Positions 46,877 to 57,202 are shown, counted from the first letter of the stretch. The stretch is 64,000 nucleotides of DNA from Elusimicrobiota bacterium (GCA_016191335.1 JACPOW010000010.1:34469-98468); one strand, 5' to 3'. Numbers and translations: made by a program. Notes: generated from the sequence alone by a model not told the origin.

Positions 46877-46984
46877 GGGGTCAGACCTCCCGTTGTTGCG
46901 TTGTTCCATCTGGAAATTCGGATTCGAACAACGCAACAACGGGAGGTCTGACCCCATCTCAGCGACAGCGGGAGGTCCGACCCG
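46877..46984. repeat. REP-like inverted repeat element, copy 2, plus a degenerate extra arm
   Basis: Perfect 30-bp arms at 46877-46906 and 46926-46955, same family as 34350; degenerate arm at 46962-46984. Confidence 0.85.
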
Positions 46985-47005
46985 TTTTTTGCTAGATTAT
47001 AGGGA

Positions 47006-48013
47006 ATGAAGGCGAGCGAGGCGTCGTTGAAGCTGCCGCACCGGCCGCTGGGCAAGACCGGGCTGTCGATCTCCGAGATCGGGTTCGGGGGCTGGGGCAT
47101 CGGCAAGTCCATGTGGGGGCCGACGGACGACCATGAGTCCATGTCCGCCCTGCACGCCGCCCTCGACGCGGGCCTCGACTACTTCGACACGGCGTACGCC
47201 TACGGCCACGGCCACTCCGAGCGGCTGATCGCGCGCCTCTTCAAGGAAGCGGGACGCCGCGCCGTCGTCTCCACCAAGGTGCCGCCGAAGAACATGGAGT
47301 GGCCCGGCCATCCGCGCGCGAAGCTGGCGCTGGTGTTCCCTCCGGACTGGGTGCGCCTCAGCGTCGAGCGCTCCCTGCGCAACCTCGCCACGGACTCCCT
47401 CGACATCTACCAGTTCCACGTCTGGCACGATTCCTGGCTGAAGGACCCGATGTGGCCCGCCCTCGCCTCGGAGATGGAGAAGCTCAAGGCCGAGGGGAAG
47501 GTCCGCTCCTGGGGCGTCTCGATCAACAACGACGACCCCGAGTCCGCGATCGAGCTCGTCTCGACCGGCCTCGTCGGCGTCGTGCAGGTCCTCTTCAACA
47601 TGTTCGACCAGCGCGCGGCCGACAGGCTCCTGCCCCTGTGCCGGGAAAAGGGCGTCGGCGTGATCGTCCGCTGCCCGTTCGACGAGGGCAGCCTGACCGG
47701 GATGCTGACGCCGGAGACCCGCTTCGCGCCCGAGGACTTCCGCTCGCATTACTTCGGGGGGGAGCGACTGGCGGAGACCTGCCGGCGCGCCGACCAGCTC
47801 GCGCGCGTCGTCATCGGCCCCAAGGCGGAGACGCTCGCGGCGGCCGCGCTCAAGTACTGCCTGAGCTTCGACTCGGTCACGACCGTGATCCCGGGCATGC
47901 GCCGCGTCTCCCACGTCACCTTCAACGCCCGGGCCTGCGACGGCCGGTACTTCGACGCGGCCGAGCTCGCCGCCATCGCCAAGCACCGCTGGGTCCGCGA
48001 CTTCTACCTTTAG
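47006..48013 (+). CDS. Aldo/keto reductase
   Basis: LGKTGLSISEIGFGGWGIG, FDTAYAYG, STK, SLRNLATDSLDIYQFH, GKVRSWGVS, VIPGMR. Confidence 0.93.
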   Translation: MKASEASLKLPHRPLGKTGLSISEIGFGGWGIGKSMWGPTDDHESMSALHAALDAGLDYFDTAYAYGHGHSERLIARLFKEAGRRAVVSTKVPPKNMEWPGHPRAKLALVFPPDWVRLSVERSLRNLATDSLDIYQFHVWHDSWLKDPMWPALASEMEKLKAEGKVRSWGVSINNDDPESAIELVSTGLVGVVQVLFNMFDQRAADRLLPLCREKGVGVIVRCPFDEGSLTGMLTPETRFAPEDFRSHYFGGERLAETCRRADQLARVVIGPKAETLAAAALKYCLSFDSVTTVIPGMRRVSHVTFNARACDGRYFDAAELAAIAKHRWVRDFYL

Positions 48014-48016
48014 TTA

Positions 48017-48048
48017 GCCTTGAATTTGTAACACGTTCCCGGTACTCT
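48017..48048 (+). promoter_or_regulatory. Promoter TTGAAT-17-TACTCT containing a shared 17-bp motif
   Basis: GCCTTGAATTTGTAACA is identical to 61047-61063. Confidence 0.65.
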
Positions 48049-48052
48049 CCTC

Positions 48053-50980
48053 TTGTTGAAGCCCTCACTTTGGATCGCGACGGCCGCCGCGGCCCTCGCC
48101 TTGATCGCGCCGCCCGTGCTGGCGGCGGACAAAGGCGCGGCCCGCCGTCTGCTGATCGAGGGCGACGCGCTGTACCGGCGCGGAGACTTCAAGGACGCGA
48201 TGCGCTCCGTCAACGAGGCGCTGCTGGCCGACGCGCGCAACGGAGACGCCTACGAGCTGCGCGCGCGGCTGTGGCACGCGGCCGGCGACCTGACGCGGCA
48301 GAAGGCGGACGCGACGAAGGCGCTCGAGCTTCTCGGCGTCGGGACCGGCTCGCTGGCGGTCGACGAGCTCGTCGCGCAGGGCGGGGCGCAGCTGCTGCTC
48401 GGCCGCGTCGACAAGGCCCTGGAGAGCTTCAACGCCGCGCTGAAGGCCGACCAGAAGACGCCGAAGGCGCTGTACGCCCGCTCCCGGGTGTGGCGCGAGA
48501 AGGCGGACTGGGCGAAGTGCCTGGCCGATCTGAACGACGCGCTCAAGCTCGAGCCCAAGACGGCGCTGTGGCTGTTCTCCCGGGGACGCACCTGGTACGA
48601 CAAGGGCGACGACGCGAAGGCGGTGGCGGACCTGACCGCGGCCCTGCGCTCCAACAAGAATTTCACGATGGCGTTCGCGCTCGTCGGCTCGGCGATGGCC
48701 CGCCAGGGCGACCTCAAGCGCGCGGCGAAGGCCTACGACCGCGCGATCGCGATCGACCCCGAATACTCCTACGCGTACCTCGGCCGGGCCGCGCTGAAGC
48801 TGCGCAAGGGCGACGAGCCCGGCGCGCTGAAGGATTTCGAGGAGGCCGTCCGGGCCGACGCGCAGGACTACGCGCCCTACTTCAACCGCGGCGAGCTGCA
48901 CTGGCGCGGCGGGCGCCGCGAGCAGGCGCTCTCCGACTACCATAACGCGATGACCTCGGCGAAGCTCACGCCCGAGGCCGCGGTCGCGATCGGCGACCGC
49001 TACCAGTCGCTGCAGCTCTGGAAGGACGCCGTCGCCGCCTACGGGCGCGCCTTCGACCTCGGCTCCGGCGTCCCGGCGCTGACCCGCCGCGCGCGCGTCT
49101 TCGAGGCGGACAAGGACCTCAAGAAGGCGCTCGCCGACCTCGACGCGGCCGTCAAGCTCGAGCCGGAGAACGCCCAGGTGATCGCCGCGCGCGGGGGCCT
49201 GCTCGCGCGCATGGGCCAGGACGGGCCCGCGCTGCAGGACCTCACCCGCGCCGTGCGGCTCGACCCGGTCGACCCCGAGATCCTGGTCGCCCGCGCGAGC
49301 TTTTACGCCCGCGTCGACAAGCCGTCCCTGGCCCTCGAGGACTTCACCAAGGCGATCGCGTCCGACGGCAAGCACGCCGAGGCCTACAACGGCCGCGGCG
49401 CGCTGTACGCCAACTCCCTCAAGGAGCCCGAGAAGGCCCTGCAGGACGTGATGAAGGCCGTCGCGCTCAAGCCGCGCGAGCCCGGCTACCACTACAACCT
49501 CGGCTCCCTGCGCCTGCGCAACCGCCTGTACCTGAAGGCGATCGACTCGTTCAACACCGCGCTGGCGCTGAAGGGGCCCGCGGCGAGGATACTCGAGCGC
49601 CGCGCCGACGCCGAGTTCCAGATCGGGGACCACTCCGGCGCCATGCGCGACATCGAGGCCGCCCTCGAGAAGGACCCGCGCAACGCCTCGATCTACGACA
49701 CGCTGGGCCACATCCGGCTGCGCCAGCGCGACTACGAGCAGGCCGTGCGCGACCTCAGCCAGGCGCTGCAGCTCGACGCCAAGCTCGCGGGCGCCTACCA
49801 GCACCGCGGCCTCGCCTACGCCTCGCTCGGCCAGATGAAGGCGGCCCAGGCCGACTTCAGGAAGTCCCTGGAGCTCGAGCCCCGCTCCAAGGACACCTGG
49901 ACCTACCTCTGCCAGGCGCGCCGCCTCGCCAAGGACCCGCGGGAGGCGCTCAAGGCCTGCGAGCGCGCCATCGAGATCGACAGCCAGCACGGCCCCGCCT
50001 ACCTGCAGCGCGCGCTCGCCAAGTTCGCGCTGAAGCAGTACCCGCGCGTGATCGAGGACATCGACACCGCCTGGGCGCTCGGCACGCGCCGCGCCGAGGG
50101 CCTGATCGCGAAATCCATCTCCCACGCCGCCGCGCGCCAGTACAAGGAGGCGCACCGCACCTACCTCCAGGCGGTCGGCATGGACCCCTACGTCCGCAGC
50201 CCCTACATCGGGTTCTCGGCCGGGCACCCGGAGGGGGACGACTTCCTCTCCGCGATCGTCGACCTCGACGCCCAGATGATCAAGGACCTCGGCGACCCGT
50301 ACGTGTTCATCCTGCGCGCCGACTCCCTCCACAACTCCGAGCAGTTCGACAAGGCCGTGCTCGAGTACACGAAGGCGATGGAGATCGACGGCTCGATCGC
50401 CGACGCCTACGTGGGCCGCGGCGTCGCGCTGACCGCGCAGGACGCCCTCGAGGCGGCCCAGCAGGACCTGGTGCGCGCCCTCGAGCTCGAGCCCAACGAC
50501 GCGGGCGCGCGCGTGAAGCTGGCGATCGTGCTGACGATGCGCCGCAACTACCGCGCCGCCATCGGCGAACTGGGGAAAGCCCTGCAGGCGGACCCCAAGA
50601 ACGCCGAGGCCTACCTGCGCGCCGGCAACGTCCACTACTTCCTCAAGGATTACCCGAAGGCCCTCGAGAACTACGCGCTGGCGGTGAAGAGCGACCCGCT
50701 CGACCCGAACGCGCTCAACGGCCTCGGCCTCGGCTACTTCGCGCTGAAGCGCCAGGACGAGGCGCTCGAGGCCTTCTCGCGCGCGATCGCGACGAACTCG
50801 CTGATCGACCGCTTCTACCGCAACCGCGCCTCGGTGTGGACCGCCTCGCAGAAGTTCGGCAACGCCGCGGGCGATTTCAAGACCGCGAGCATGGTCAACA
50901 CCGACCCCACCGTCATCGACGAGTACAAGCGGCTCATAGAGGAAAGCGAGAGCCGCTCCGCCAAGGGCAAGTCGTCGTAG
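48053..50980 (+). CDS. Exported multi-TPR protein
   Basis: Signal peptide followed by continuous TPR repeats (AY..RG...A..D...A..LDP). Start is TTG 48053 or 48056. Confidence 0.9.
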   Translation: MLKPSLWIATAAAALALIAPPVLAADKGAARRLLIEGDALYRRGDFKDAMRSVNEALLADARNGDAYELRARLWHAAGDLTRQKADATKALELLGVGTGSLAVDELVAQGGAQLLLGRVDKALESFNAALKADQKTPKALYARSRVWREKADWAKCLADLNDALKLEPKTALWLFSRGRTWYDKGDDAKAVADLTAALRSNKNFTMAFALVGSAMARQGDLKRAAKAYDRAIAIDPEYSYAYLGRAALKLRKGDEPGALKDFEEAVRADAQDYAPYFNRGELHWRGGRREQALSDYHNAMTSAKLTPEAAVAIGDRYQSLQLWKDAVAAYGRAFDLGSGVPALTRRARVFEADKDLKKALADLDAAVKLEPENAQVIAARGGLLARMGQDGPALQDLTRAVRLDPVDPEILVARASFYARVDKPSLALEDFTKAIASDGKHAEAYNGRGALYANSLKEPEKALQDVMKAVALKPREPGYHYNLGSLRLRNRLYLKAIDSFNTALALKGPAARILERRADAEFQIGDHSGAMRDIEAALEKDPRNASIYDTLGHIRLRQRDYEQAVRDLSQALQLDAKLAGAYQHRGLAYASLGQMKAAQADFRKSLELEPRSKDTWTYLCQARRLAKDPREALKACERAIEIDSQHGPAYLQRALAKFALKQYPRVIEDIDTAWALGTRRAEGLIAKSISHAAARQYKEAHRTYLQAVGMDPYVRSPYIGFSAGHPEGDDFLSAIVDLDAQMIKDLGDPYVFILRADSLHNSEQFDKAVLEYTKAMEIDGSIADAYVGRGVALTAQDALEAAQQDLVRALELEPNDAGARVKLAIVLTMRRNYRAAIGELGKALQADPKNAEAYLRAGNVHYFLKDYPKALENYALAVKSDPLDPNALNGLGLGYFALKRQDEALEAFSRAIATNSLIDRFYRNRASVWTASQKFGNAAGDFKTASMVNTDPTVIDEYKRLIEESESRSAKGKSS

Positions 50981-51028
50981 CCGCGTCACAAAAGCGGCGC
51001 AACTCCGACATTTGGTAATATCCCCGGA

Positions 51029-51898
51029 GTGCACGACATCTCCGAGCTGTTCGGCAAAGGGCGCCCGCTCTTCTCGTTCGAGTTCTTCCTGCCCAAGGCG
51101 CCGGAGGACATCGACAAGTTCATCGCCGACGTCAAGGAGCTCAAGGGCCTCGACCCCGACTACGTCTCCCTGACCTACGGCGCGGGCGGGTCCGGACGGG
51201 ACCGCACCGTCGAGGCCGCGGGCCGCATCCAGAACGAGACGGGCCTGACGACGGCGTGCCACCTGACCTGCATCGCGCACACGCGCGCCGAGATCACCGC
51301 CGTGCTCGGCCGGCTGGAGGCCCTCGGCATCCGCCACCTCGTCGCGCTGCGCGGGGACGCCCCGAAGGACCACCCGGTGGCGCCGCCCGGCGAGCGGGAC
51401 TTCGGCTATGCCTCCGACCTCGTCGCCTTCGTCCGGAAGCGGGGGGGCTTCAAGATGGCCGTCGCCGGCTACCCCGAGACCCACCCCGAGGCGAAGTCGC
51501 CCGAGGACGACGTCGCCCGCTTCGCCCGGAAATGCGGCGAGGGCGCGGACTGGGCGTTGACCCAGCTCTTCTTCGACAACAAGGACTACTTCTCCTTCGT
51601 CGCGCGCGCGCGCGCGGCCGGGGTGACCGCGCCGATCGTGCCCGGCATCATGCCGGTCACCGCGTACTCCCAGCTCAAGCGGTTCCAGTCGATGTGCGGC
51701 GCGAAGATCCCGCACGAGCTCGAGGAGCGCATGGCCAGGGTCCAGGCCGACGCGCCGGCGGTCCTGCGCGAGGGCGTCGAGTGGGGCGCGCGGCAGTGCC
51801 GCGAGCTGCTCGACGGCGGCGCGCCGGGCATCCACTTCTACACGCTCAACCGCTCGCACTCGACCTCCGAGATCCTGGCGCGGCTCCGGCGCCGATGA
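51029..51898 (+). CDS. metF: 5,10-methylenetetrahydrofolate reductase
   Basis: FSFEFFLPK, SLTYGAGG, HLTC, ALRGD, AGYPETHPEA, TQLFFD, GIHFYTLN. Confidence 0.95.
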   Translation: MHDISELFGKGRPLFSFEFFLPKAPEDIDKFIADVKELKGLDPDYVSLTYGAGGSGRDRTVEAAGRIQNETGLTTACHLTCIAHTRAEITAVLGRLEALGIRHLVALRGDAPKDHPVAPPGERDFGYASDLVAFVRKRGGFKMAVAGYPETHPEAKSPEDDVARFARKCGEGADWALTQLFFDNKDYFSFVARARAAGVTAPIVPGIMPVTAYSQLKRFQSMCGAKIPHELEERMARVQADAPAVLREGVEWGARQCRELLDGGAPGIHFYTLNRSHSTSEILARLRRR

Positions 51899-53574
51899 GC
51901 CGGGCCGGCCTCGCGGCGGCCGCGCTCCTGATCGCACAGGGCGCCGCCGCGCACGACTGGCCGGGCTACCCGTCCGAGGAGCCAGTCGGGCCGGTCTCGG
52001 AGATCCGCGTCGAGCGCGTCAACGTGTTCGACCCGACGGTCCCGGGCGAGGACTGGTGGCCCTTCCGGGCCGCCAACAAGATCCACTACCCGACGCGCGA
52101 GTCCGTCATCCGCCGCGAGCTCCTGTTCGCGCCCGGAGAGGTCTGGGACCCGCTGCTGGTCATCCAGTCCGAACGCAACCTGCGCGCGAACGGCTCCTTC
52201 CGGCGCGTGGACATCATCCCGGTCAAGCGGCCCGGCGGGGAGGTCGACGCGGTCGTGCGCACGCAGGACAGCTGGACCACGAACCCGCGCTTCGCGGCGG
52301 GCACCGAAGGCGGCGAGAGCTTCTTCGGCCTCGGCCTCGAGGAAGGCAACATCCTCGGCTACGGCAAGAGCCTCGCCTTCGACTACGGCCGCACCGGGAA
52401 CAAGACCGCGAGCTCCTACAGCTACGGCGACCCCCGCTTCATGGGCACCCGCATGGCGCTCAGCGGAACCTACTCGCGCGGCAACGTCGGGGACTCCGGC
52501 GCCGCGTCGCTGACGAGCCCCTTCTACTCGCTCGACTCCCCGCGCGCCTCGGCCGTCTCCTGGCGGCGCTCGGTGGCGGAGCAGACGATGTACCGGGACG
52601 GGGAGGAGTTCACCGAGTTCCGGGTGAAGCGCCGCGTCGTCCAGGGCTCGCTCGGCCGGCGGCTCGACGCGGACCAGATCTTCGTCCAGCGCGTCGAGGG
52701 CGGCTGGTACAGCGACCGCGCGCAGTACGAGAACATGGACGGGGTCGTCCCGGGGACCGTGCGCGGCACCTTGCCGGACAACCGCGAGCTGTCGGGCCCG
52801 ACGATCGGCTACTCGTGGGTCCAGCCCGACTACATCAAGGAGAGCTACATCGACCGGATGGAGCGCGTCGAGGACTTCAACCTCGGCAACGAGCTCTCCG
52901 CCCGGGCCGGCTTCATGTCCGCCAAGACGGGCTCCGACCGCGACCGCGTCATCTTCACCGCCTCGAACCAGCAGGGCGTGGGCTTCGCGCCGGGCCGCTT
53001 CGCGATCGGACGGGTGGCCCTGTCCGGACGGACCGTCGCCGGGCGGTGGGAGAACTCGCTGGCGAACGCCGACCTCAACTTCTTCTGGAAGACGAACTGG
53101 CGCGGGGACCACACCTTGATCGGACACCTCGAGGGCGCGTTCGGGAAGTTCCTCGACCGGGACAGCGCGGTCGCGCTCGGGGGCAGCACCGGCCTGCGCG
53201 GCTACAAGAACAACAGCTTCGTCGGCGGCCAGGCCGTGCTCGTGAACTTCGAGGACCGGTTCTTCTTCCCCGGGGAGTTCTTCCACCTCGTGCGCCTGGG
53301 CGCGGCCGTCTTCGTGGACAGCGGCGTCATCGGACGCGAGGGCGTCGACCTCACCTTGCGGGACATCAAGTCCGACGTCGGACTGGGCCTGCGCGCGGCC
53401 TCCACGCGCTCCCGCAGCGGCGGCGTGGGCCGCATCGACGTCGCCTACGCGCTCAACCGCGGCCCGGGCGGCGGCTCCCGCTGGGTCATCTCGATCAAGG
53501 GCGGGCAGGCCTTCAACCTGTTCAACAGCGCCGCCCGGGGCGTCGACCCCAGCCCGCCGTCGCGGCTGAATTAG
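51895..53574 (+). CDS. Omp85/BamA-TamA family outer-membrane protein with POTRA
   Basis: ATG overlaps the metF stop; TRESVIRRELLF...SERNLR POTRA; EEGNILGYG; LGGSTGLRGY; DVGLGLR...RIDVAY. Confidence 0.85.
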   Translation: MSRAGLAAAALLIAQGAAAHDWPGYPSEEPVGPVSEIRVERVNVFDPTVPGEDWWPFRAANKIHYPTRESVIRRELLFAPGEVWDPLLVIQSERNLRANGSFRRVDIIPVKRPGGEVDAVVRTQDSWTTNPRFAAGTEGGESFFGLGLEEGNILGYGKSLAFDYGRTGNKTASSYSYGDPRFMGTRMALSGTYSRGNVGDSGAASLTSPFYSLDSPRASAVSWRRSVAEQTMYRDGEEFTEFRVKRRVVQGSLGRRLDADQIFVQRVEGGWYSDRAQYENMDGVVPGTVRGTLPDNRELSGPTIGYSWVQPDYIKESYIDRMERVEDFNLGNELSARAGFMSAKTGSDRDRVIFTASNQQGVGFAPGRFAIGRVALSGRTVAGRWENSLANADLNFFWKTNWRGDHTLIGHLEGAFGKFLDRDSAVALGGSTGLRGYKNNSFVGGQAVLVNFEDRFFFPGEFFHLVRLGAAVFVDSGVIGREGVDLTLRDIKSDVGLGLRAASTRSRSGGVGRIDVAYALNRGPGGGSRWVISIKGGQAFNLFNSAARGVDPSPPSRLN

Positions 53575-53604
53575 CGTTGATTTTGCTACGATAAGGGTCC
53601 CCAT

Positions 53605-54468
53605 ATGAGGAATAAGCTGCTCCTCGCGGCCGTCTGCCTCGCCTCCACGGCCTGCGGCTCCATCGACCGCTACGCCGTGCGCACGACCGCCTCCATGCTC
53701 GAGCGCGGCCGCAAGGCCGCTTTGGAGGAGCCCGACTACCAGCTCGGCCGCGACGCCGTGGCCTCCCAGCTCAAGCTCATCGAGGCGATGCTCGTCACCG
53801 ACCCCGGCAACATCGCCCTGCGCCGCCTCGTCGCCGAGGGCTTCGGCGGATACGCCTTCCTGTTCGTCGAGGACGCCGAACCCGACCGGGCGAAGGGGCT
53901 GTACCTGCGCGGGCGCGACCACGCGCTGGCCGCACTCGGGCAGAAGTCCGTGTTCCGGGGCCTCAAGGACAAGAGCATCGAGGACTTCGAGAAGGCGCTG
54001 AAGTGGGCGAAGAAGGAGGACGTGCCCGACCTGTTCTGGGCCGGCTTCGGCTGGGGAGGCTTCGTCAACCTGTCCAAGGACGACTCCGCCGCGCTGGCCG
54101 ACCTTCCCAAGGTCGTCCTGCTGATGAAGCGCGTCTACGAGCTCGACCCGGCCTTCCACTTCGGCGGCGCCGACCTGTTCTTCGGCGTCTACTACGCCTC
54201 CCGGCCGCCGATGCTCGGCGGCGACACGGCCAAGGCCAAGACCCATTTCGAATGGGCGCACAAGATCACGCGCGGCAACTACCTGATGACGCACGTCCTC
54301 AACGCGCGCTGGTACGCGGTGGCGACCCAGGACCGCGAACTGTTCAAGCAGCTCCTGACCAAGGTCCTCGAGTCGCCCGCGGGCGCGCTGCCCGACGCCC
54401 GGCTCACCGACGAGGCCGCGAAGAAGAAGGCCGCTCAGCTACTGGAGAAGATCGATTATTTCTTTTAG
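53605..54468 (+). CDS. TRAP transporter T-component lipoprotein (TatT)
   Basis: Lipobox ASTAC; YAFLFVE, RAKGLYLRGR, SRPPMLGGD...AKTHFE; directly upstream of DctP. Confidence 0.85.
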   Translation: MRNKLLLAAVCLASTACGSIDRYAVRTTASMLERGRKAALEEPDYQLGRDAVASQLKLIEAMLVTDPGNIALRRLVAEGFGGYAFLFVEDAEPDRAKGLYLRGRDHALAALGQKSVFRGLKDKSIEDFEKALKWAKKEDVPDLFWAGFGWGGFVNLSKDDSAALADLPKVVLLMKRVYELDPAFHFGGADLFFGVYYASRPPMLGGDTAKAKTHFEWAHKITRGNYLMTHVLNARWYAVATQDRELFKQLLTKVLESPAGALPDARLTDEAAKKKAAQLLEKIDYFF

Positions 54469-54478
54469 ATCCCTGGCG

Positions 54479-55462
54479 TTGACCCTCGTCCTCGCGGCGC
54501 CCGCGGCGGCGCAGACCACCGCGATCAAGTTCGCGACGCTCGCGCCGGACGGCTCCACCTGGATGAAGGTCCTCACCGAGCTGTCGAAGGACCTCGAGAA
54601 GGAGACCGGCGGCAAGCTCAAGTTCAAGTTCTACGCCGGCGGCGTCTCCGGCGACGAGAAGGACGTGGTCAAGAAGATCCGCATCGGCCAGCTGCACGCC
54701 GCGGGCTTCACCGGCGTGGGCCTGGGAGACATCGCCCCCGAGACGCGCCTGCTCGACGCCCCCTGGCTGTTCCGCTCCCGCTCCGAGCTCGAGACCGTGC
54801 GCGCCAAGTTCTCCAAGGAGCTCAACGCCGCCGTCGAGAAGGGCGGCTTCGTCCTGCTCGGCTGGACCGACCTCGGCTCGGTGTACGTGTTCAGCAAGAA
54901 CCCCATCGGCTCTCCCGAGGACATGAAGAAGGAGAAGATGTGGGTGTGGGAAGGAGACCCCATCGCGCAGGCCGCCTACAAGGCGCTCGGCGTCAACCCC
55001 GTGCCGCTGTCCATCGTGGACGTCATGCAGTCGCTGCAGACGGGCATGATCAACGGCGTGTACGGTCCGCCGCTGGGCGTCGTCGCGCTGCAGTGGCACT
55101 CGAAGGTCAAGCACATCTACCCGGTGCCGATCGCGGAGTCCACGGGCGCGGTGCTCGTCTCCAAGAAGTTCTTCGACGCGCTGCCCGCCGACCAGAGGAA
55201 GACCCTGACCGACCTCTCGGCGAAGCACCTCAAGCATCTCAACGACCTCACCAACGCCGAGAACGACAAGGCCCTCGAGGCGCTGAAGAAGCAGGGCCTG
55301 GACCTCGCCGAGGACCCCGGCCCCGCGACACGCCGCCGGTACGAGGAGCTCGGCGCCGGCGCGCGCAAGGAGCTCGCCGGCAAGCTGTTCTCCGCGGAGC
55401 TGATCGGGAAGTTCGAGAAGGAGCTCGCCGCCCTCCGTGCGCGATCAGCTAAGAAGAGCTGA
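54479..55462 (+). CDS. dctP: TRAP transporter substrate-binding protein DctP
   Basis: IKFATLAPDGSTW, YAGGVSGDE, QSLQTGMI. True start may lie slightly upstream. Confidence 0.9.
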   Translation: MTLVLAAPAAAQTTAIKFATLAPDGSTWMKVLTELSKDLEKETGGKLKFKFYAGGVSGDEKDVVKKIRIGQLHAAGFTGVGLGDIAPETRLLDAPWLFRSRSELETVRAKFSKELNAAVEKGGFVLLGWTDLGSVYVFSKNPIGSPEDMKKEKMWVWEGDPIAQAAYKALGVNPVPLSIVDVMQSLQTGMINGVYGPPLGVVALQWHSKVKHIYPVPIAESTGAVLVSKKFFDALPADQRKTLTDLSAKHLKHLNDLTNAENDKALEALKKQGLDLAEDPGPATRRRYEELGAGARKELAGKLFSAELIGKFEKELAALRARSAKKS

Positions 55463-55934
55463 GGCGAGCCTCGTGGCCGTCGAGGGCGCCATCCTGGTGG
55501 CGTTACTCGCGGTCATGGTGACCCTGGCCTTCATGCAGGTCATCCTCCGCCATTTCGGCCTCGGCCTTCTCTGGGGGGAAACGGTCCTCAAGCATCTGGT
55601 CCTCTGGACCGGCTTCCTCGGCGCCGCGCTCGCCGCCGCGCACGAGAAGCACTTCGCCTGGGAGGCCGCCCACGTCGGCGCGCCCGAGCGCTGGAAGCCC
55701 TGGCTGCGCCTGACGGCGAACCTGGGGGGAGCGGCGATCACCGCGCTCCTGCTCCGGGCCTCGTGGACCTATTTCACCGACGACCGGGCCAACCCGAGCG
55801 AGATCATGACGGTGGGCGGCGTCGTCGTGCAGTCCTGGGTCGCGGCGGCGGGCATACCCGCCGGCTTCGCCTTGGTCCTGGCCCACCTGCTGTTCAAGAG
55901 CGCCGACGCCGCGGCGGAGGCGGCGGGGCGATGA
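55437..55934 (+). CDS. dctQ: TRAP transporter small permease
   Basis: Four TMs; QVILRH, LWTGFLGAALAA...HF. Confidence 0.88.
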   Translation: MRDQLRRAEASLVAVEGAILVALLAVMVTLAFMQVILRHFGLGLLWGETVLKHLVLWTGFLGAALAAAHEKHFAWEAAHVGAPERWKPWLRLTANLGGAAITALLLRASWTYFTDDRANPSEIMTVGGVVVQSWVAAAGIPAGFALVLAHLLFKSADAAAEAAGR

Positions 55935-57202
55935 CCGCGCTCGCGCTGGCCGGCTTCGTCGCGTTCGCGCTGGCCGGCGTCCCCGTGTTCGCGCTGATGG
56001 GCGCGCTGGCGCTGTGGCTGTTCAACGGCGCCGGGATCCAGTCGTCGGCGGTCATCATCGAGCTCTCGCGGCTGGCCTCGCTGCCGTCCCTGATCGCCGT
56101 GCCGCTGTTCACCTTCGCCGGCTACCTGCTGGCCGAGTCCAAGGCACCCCAACGCCTAGTGGCGTTGGCTGAGAGCATGTTCGGCTGGCTGCCCGGCGGC
56201 GTCGCCGTCGCCGGGCTGTGCGCGTGCGCGCTGTTCACCGCGTTCACCGGCGCCTCGGGCGTGACCATCATCGCCCTCGGCGGCCTCATCTTCCCGCTGC
56301 TGCGCCGGCAGGGCTATCCCGAGAGCTTCTCGCTGGGCTTGATCACGACGACGGGAAGCCTAGGGCTCATGTTCCCGCCGAGCCTGCCGATCATCCTCTA
56401 CGCCCTGGTCGGCAAGATCTCCATCGACAAGCTGTTCGCCGCGGCCGCCGTCCCCGGCCTGCTGCTGCTCGCGGCGCTGTCCGTCTACGCCTTCGTCGTG
56501 GCGAAGCGGGAGAAGGTCAAGCCCATCGCGTTTTCATGGAAGAATTTCCAAGCGGCCGCGAAAGCGGCTGCTTGGGAAATACCGCTGCCGCTCATCGTGA
56601 TCGGCGGCATCTACGGCGGCTTCTTCACCGCGTCGGAGGCGGCCGCCGTCATGGCCTTCTACGTGATGGTCGCCGAGGTCCTGATCTACAAGGACGTGCC
56701 GTGGGAGAAGCTCCCCGGGATCGCCCGCGAGAGCATGATCCTCGTCGGCGCGATCCTGATCGTCCTCGGCTGCGCGCTGGGGCTGACGAGCTACATGATC
56801 GACGCGGACATCCCGGGGCGCATCTTCGCGTTCCTCCACGAGCACGTGAAGAGCCCGTGGGGCTTCCTCGCCCTGCTCAACGTCTTCCTGCTCATCGTGA
56901 ACATGGTGGAGATCTTCTCGGCCATCGTCATCGTCGTGCCGATCATCGCGCCGGTCGCCACGCAGTACGGGATCGACCCGGTGCATCTCGGCGCGCTGTT
57001 CCTTCTCAATCTGGAGATCGGCTACATGACGCCGCCGCTCGGCCTGAACCTGTTCCTGTCCTCCCGGCGTTTCGACAAGCCGCTGCCGGTCCTCTACCGC
57101 GCCGTCCTTCCCTTCTGGATCCTGCTTGTCGGGGCCCTGATGGTCGTCACCTATTGGCCGGCCCTGAGCCTGTGGCTGCCCCGTCTCCTAAAACTCCAAT
57201 GA
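55931..57202 (+). CDS. dctM: TRAP transporter large permease
   Basis: AVPLFTFAG, GSLGLMFPPS, FTASEAAA, GIDPVHLG, TPPLGLNLF; ATG 55931. Confidence 0.92.
   Translation: MTALALAGFVAFALAGVPVFALMGALALWLFNGAGIQSSAVIIELSRLASLPSLIAVPLFTFAGYLLAESKAPQRLVALAESMFGWLPGGVAVAGLCACALFTAFTGASGVTIIALGGLIFPLLRRQGYPESFSLGLITTTGSLGLMFPPSLPIILYALVGKISIDKLFAAAAVPGLLLLAALSVYAFVVAKREKVKPIAFSWKNFQAAAKAAAWEIPLPLIVIGGIYGGFFTASEAAAVMAFYVMVAEVLIYKDVPWEKLPGIARESMILVGAILIVLGCALGLTSYMIDADIPGRIFAFLHEHVKSPWGFLALLNVFLLIVNMVEIFSAIVIVVPIIAPVATQYGIDPVHLGALFLLNLEIGYMTPPLGLNLFLSSRRFDKPLPVLYRAVLPFWILLVGALMVVTYWPALSLWLPRLLKLQ

Noticed and set aside
34350..46984. CRISPR array interpretation of the GGGGTCAGACC repeats
   Set aside because: The repeats are inverted pairs 12.5 kb apart, with no spacer periodicity and no cas genes.
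48065..54294. Long minus-strand ORFs (1,290 aa and 818 aa)
   Set aside because: Antisense to clearly recognisable TPR, metF, Omp85 and tatT genes.
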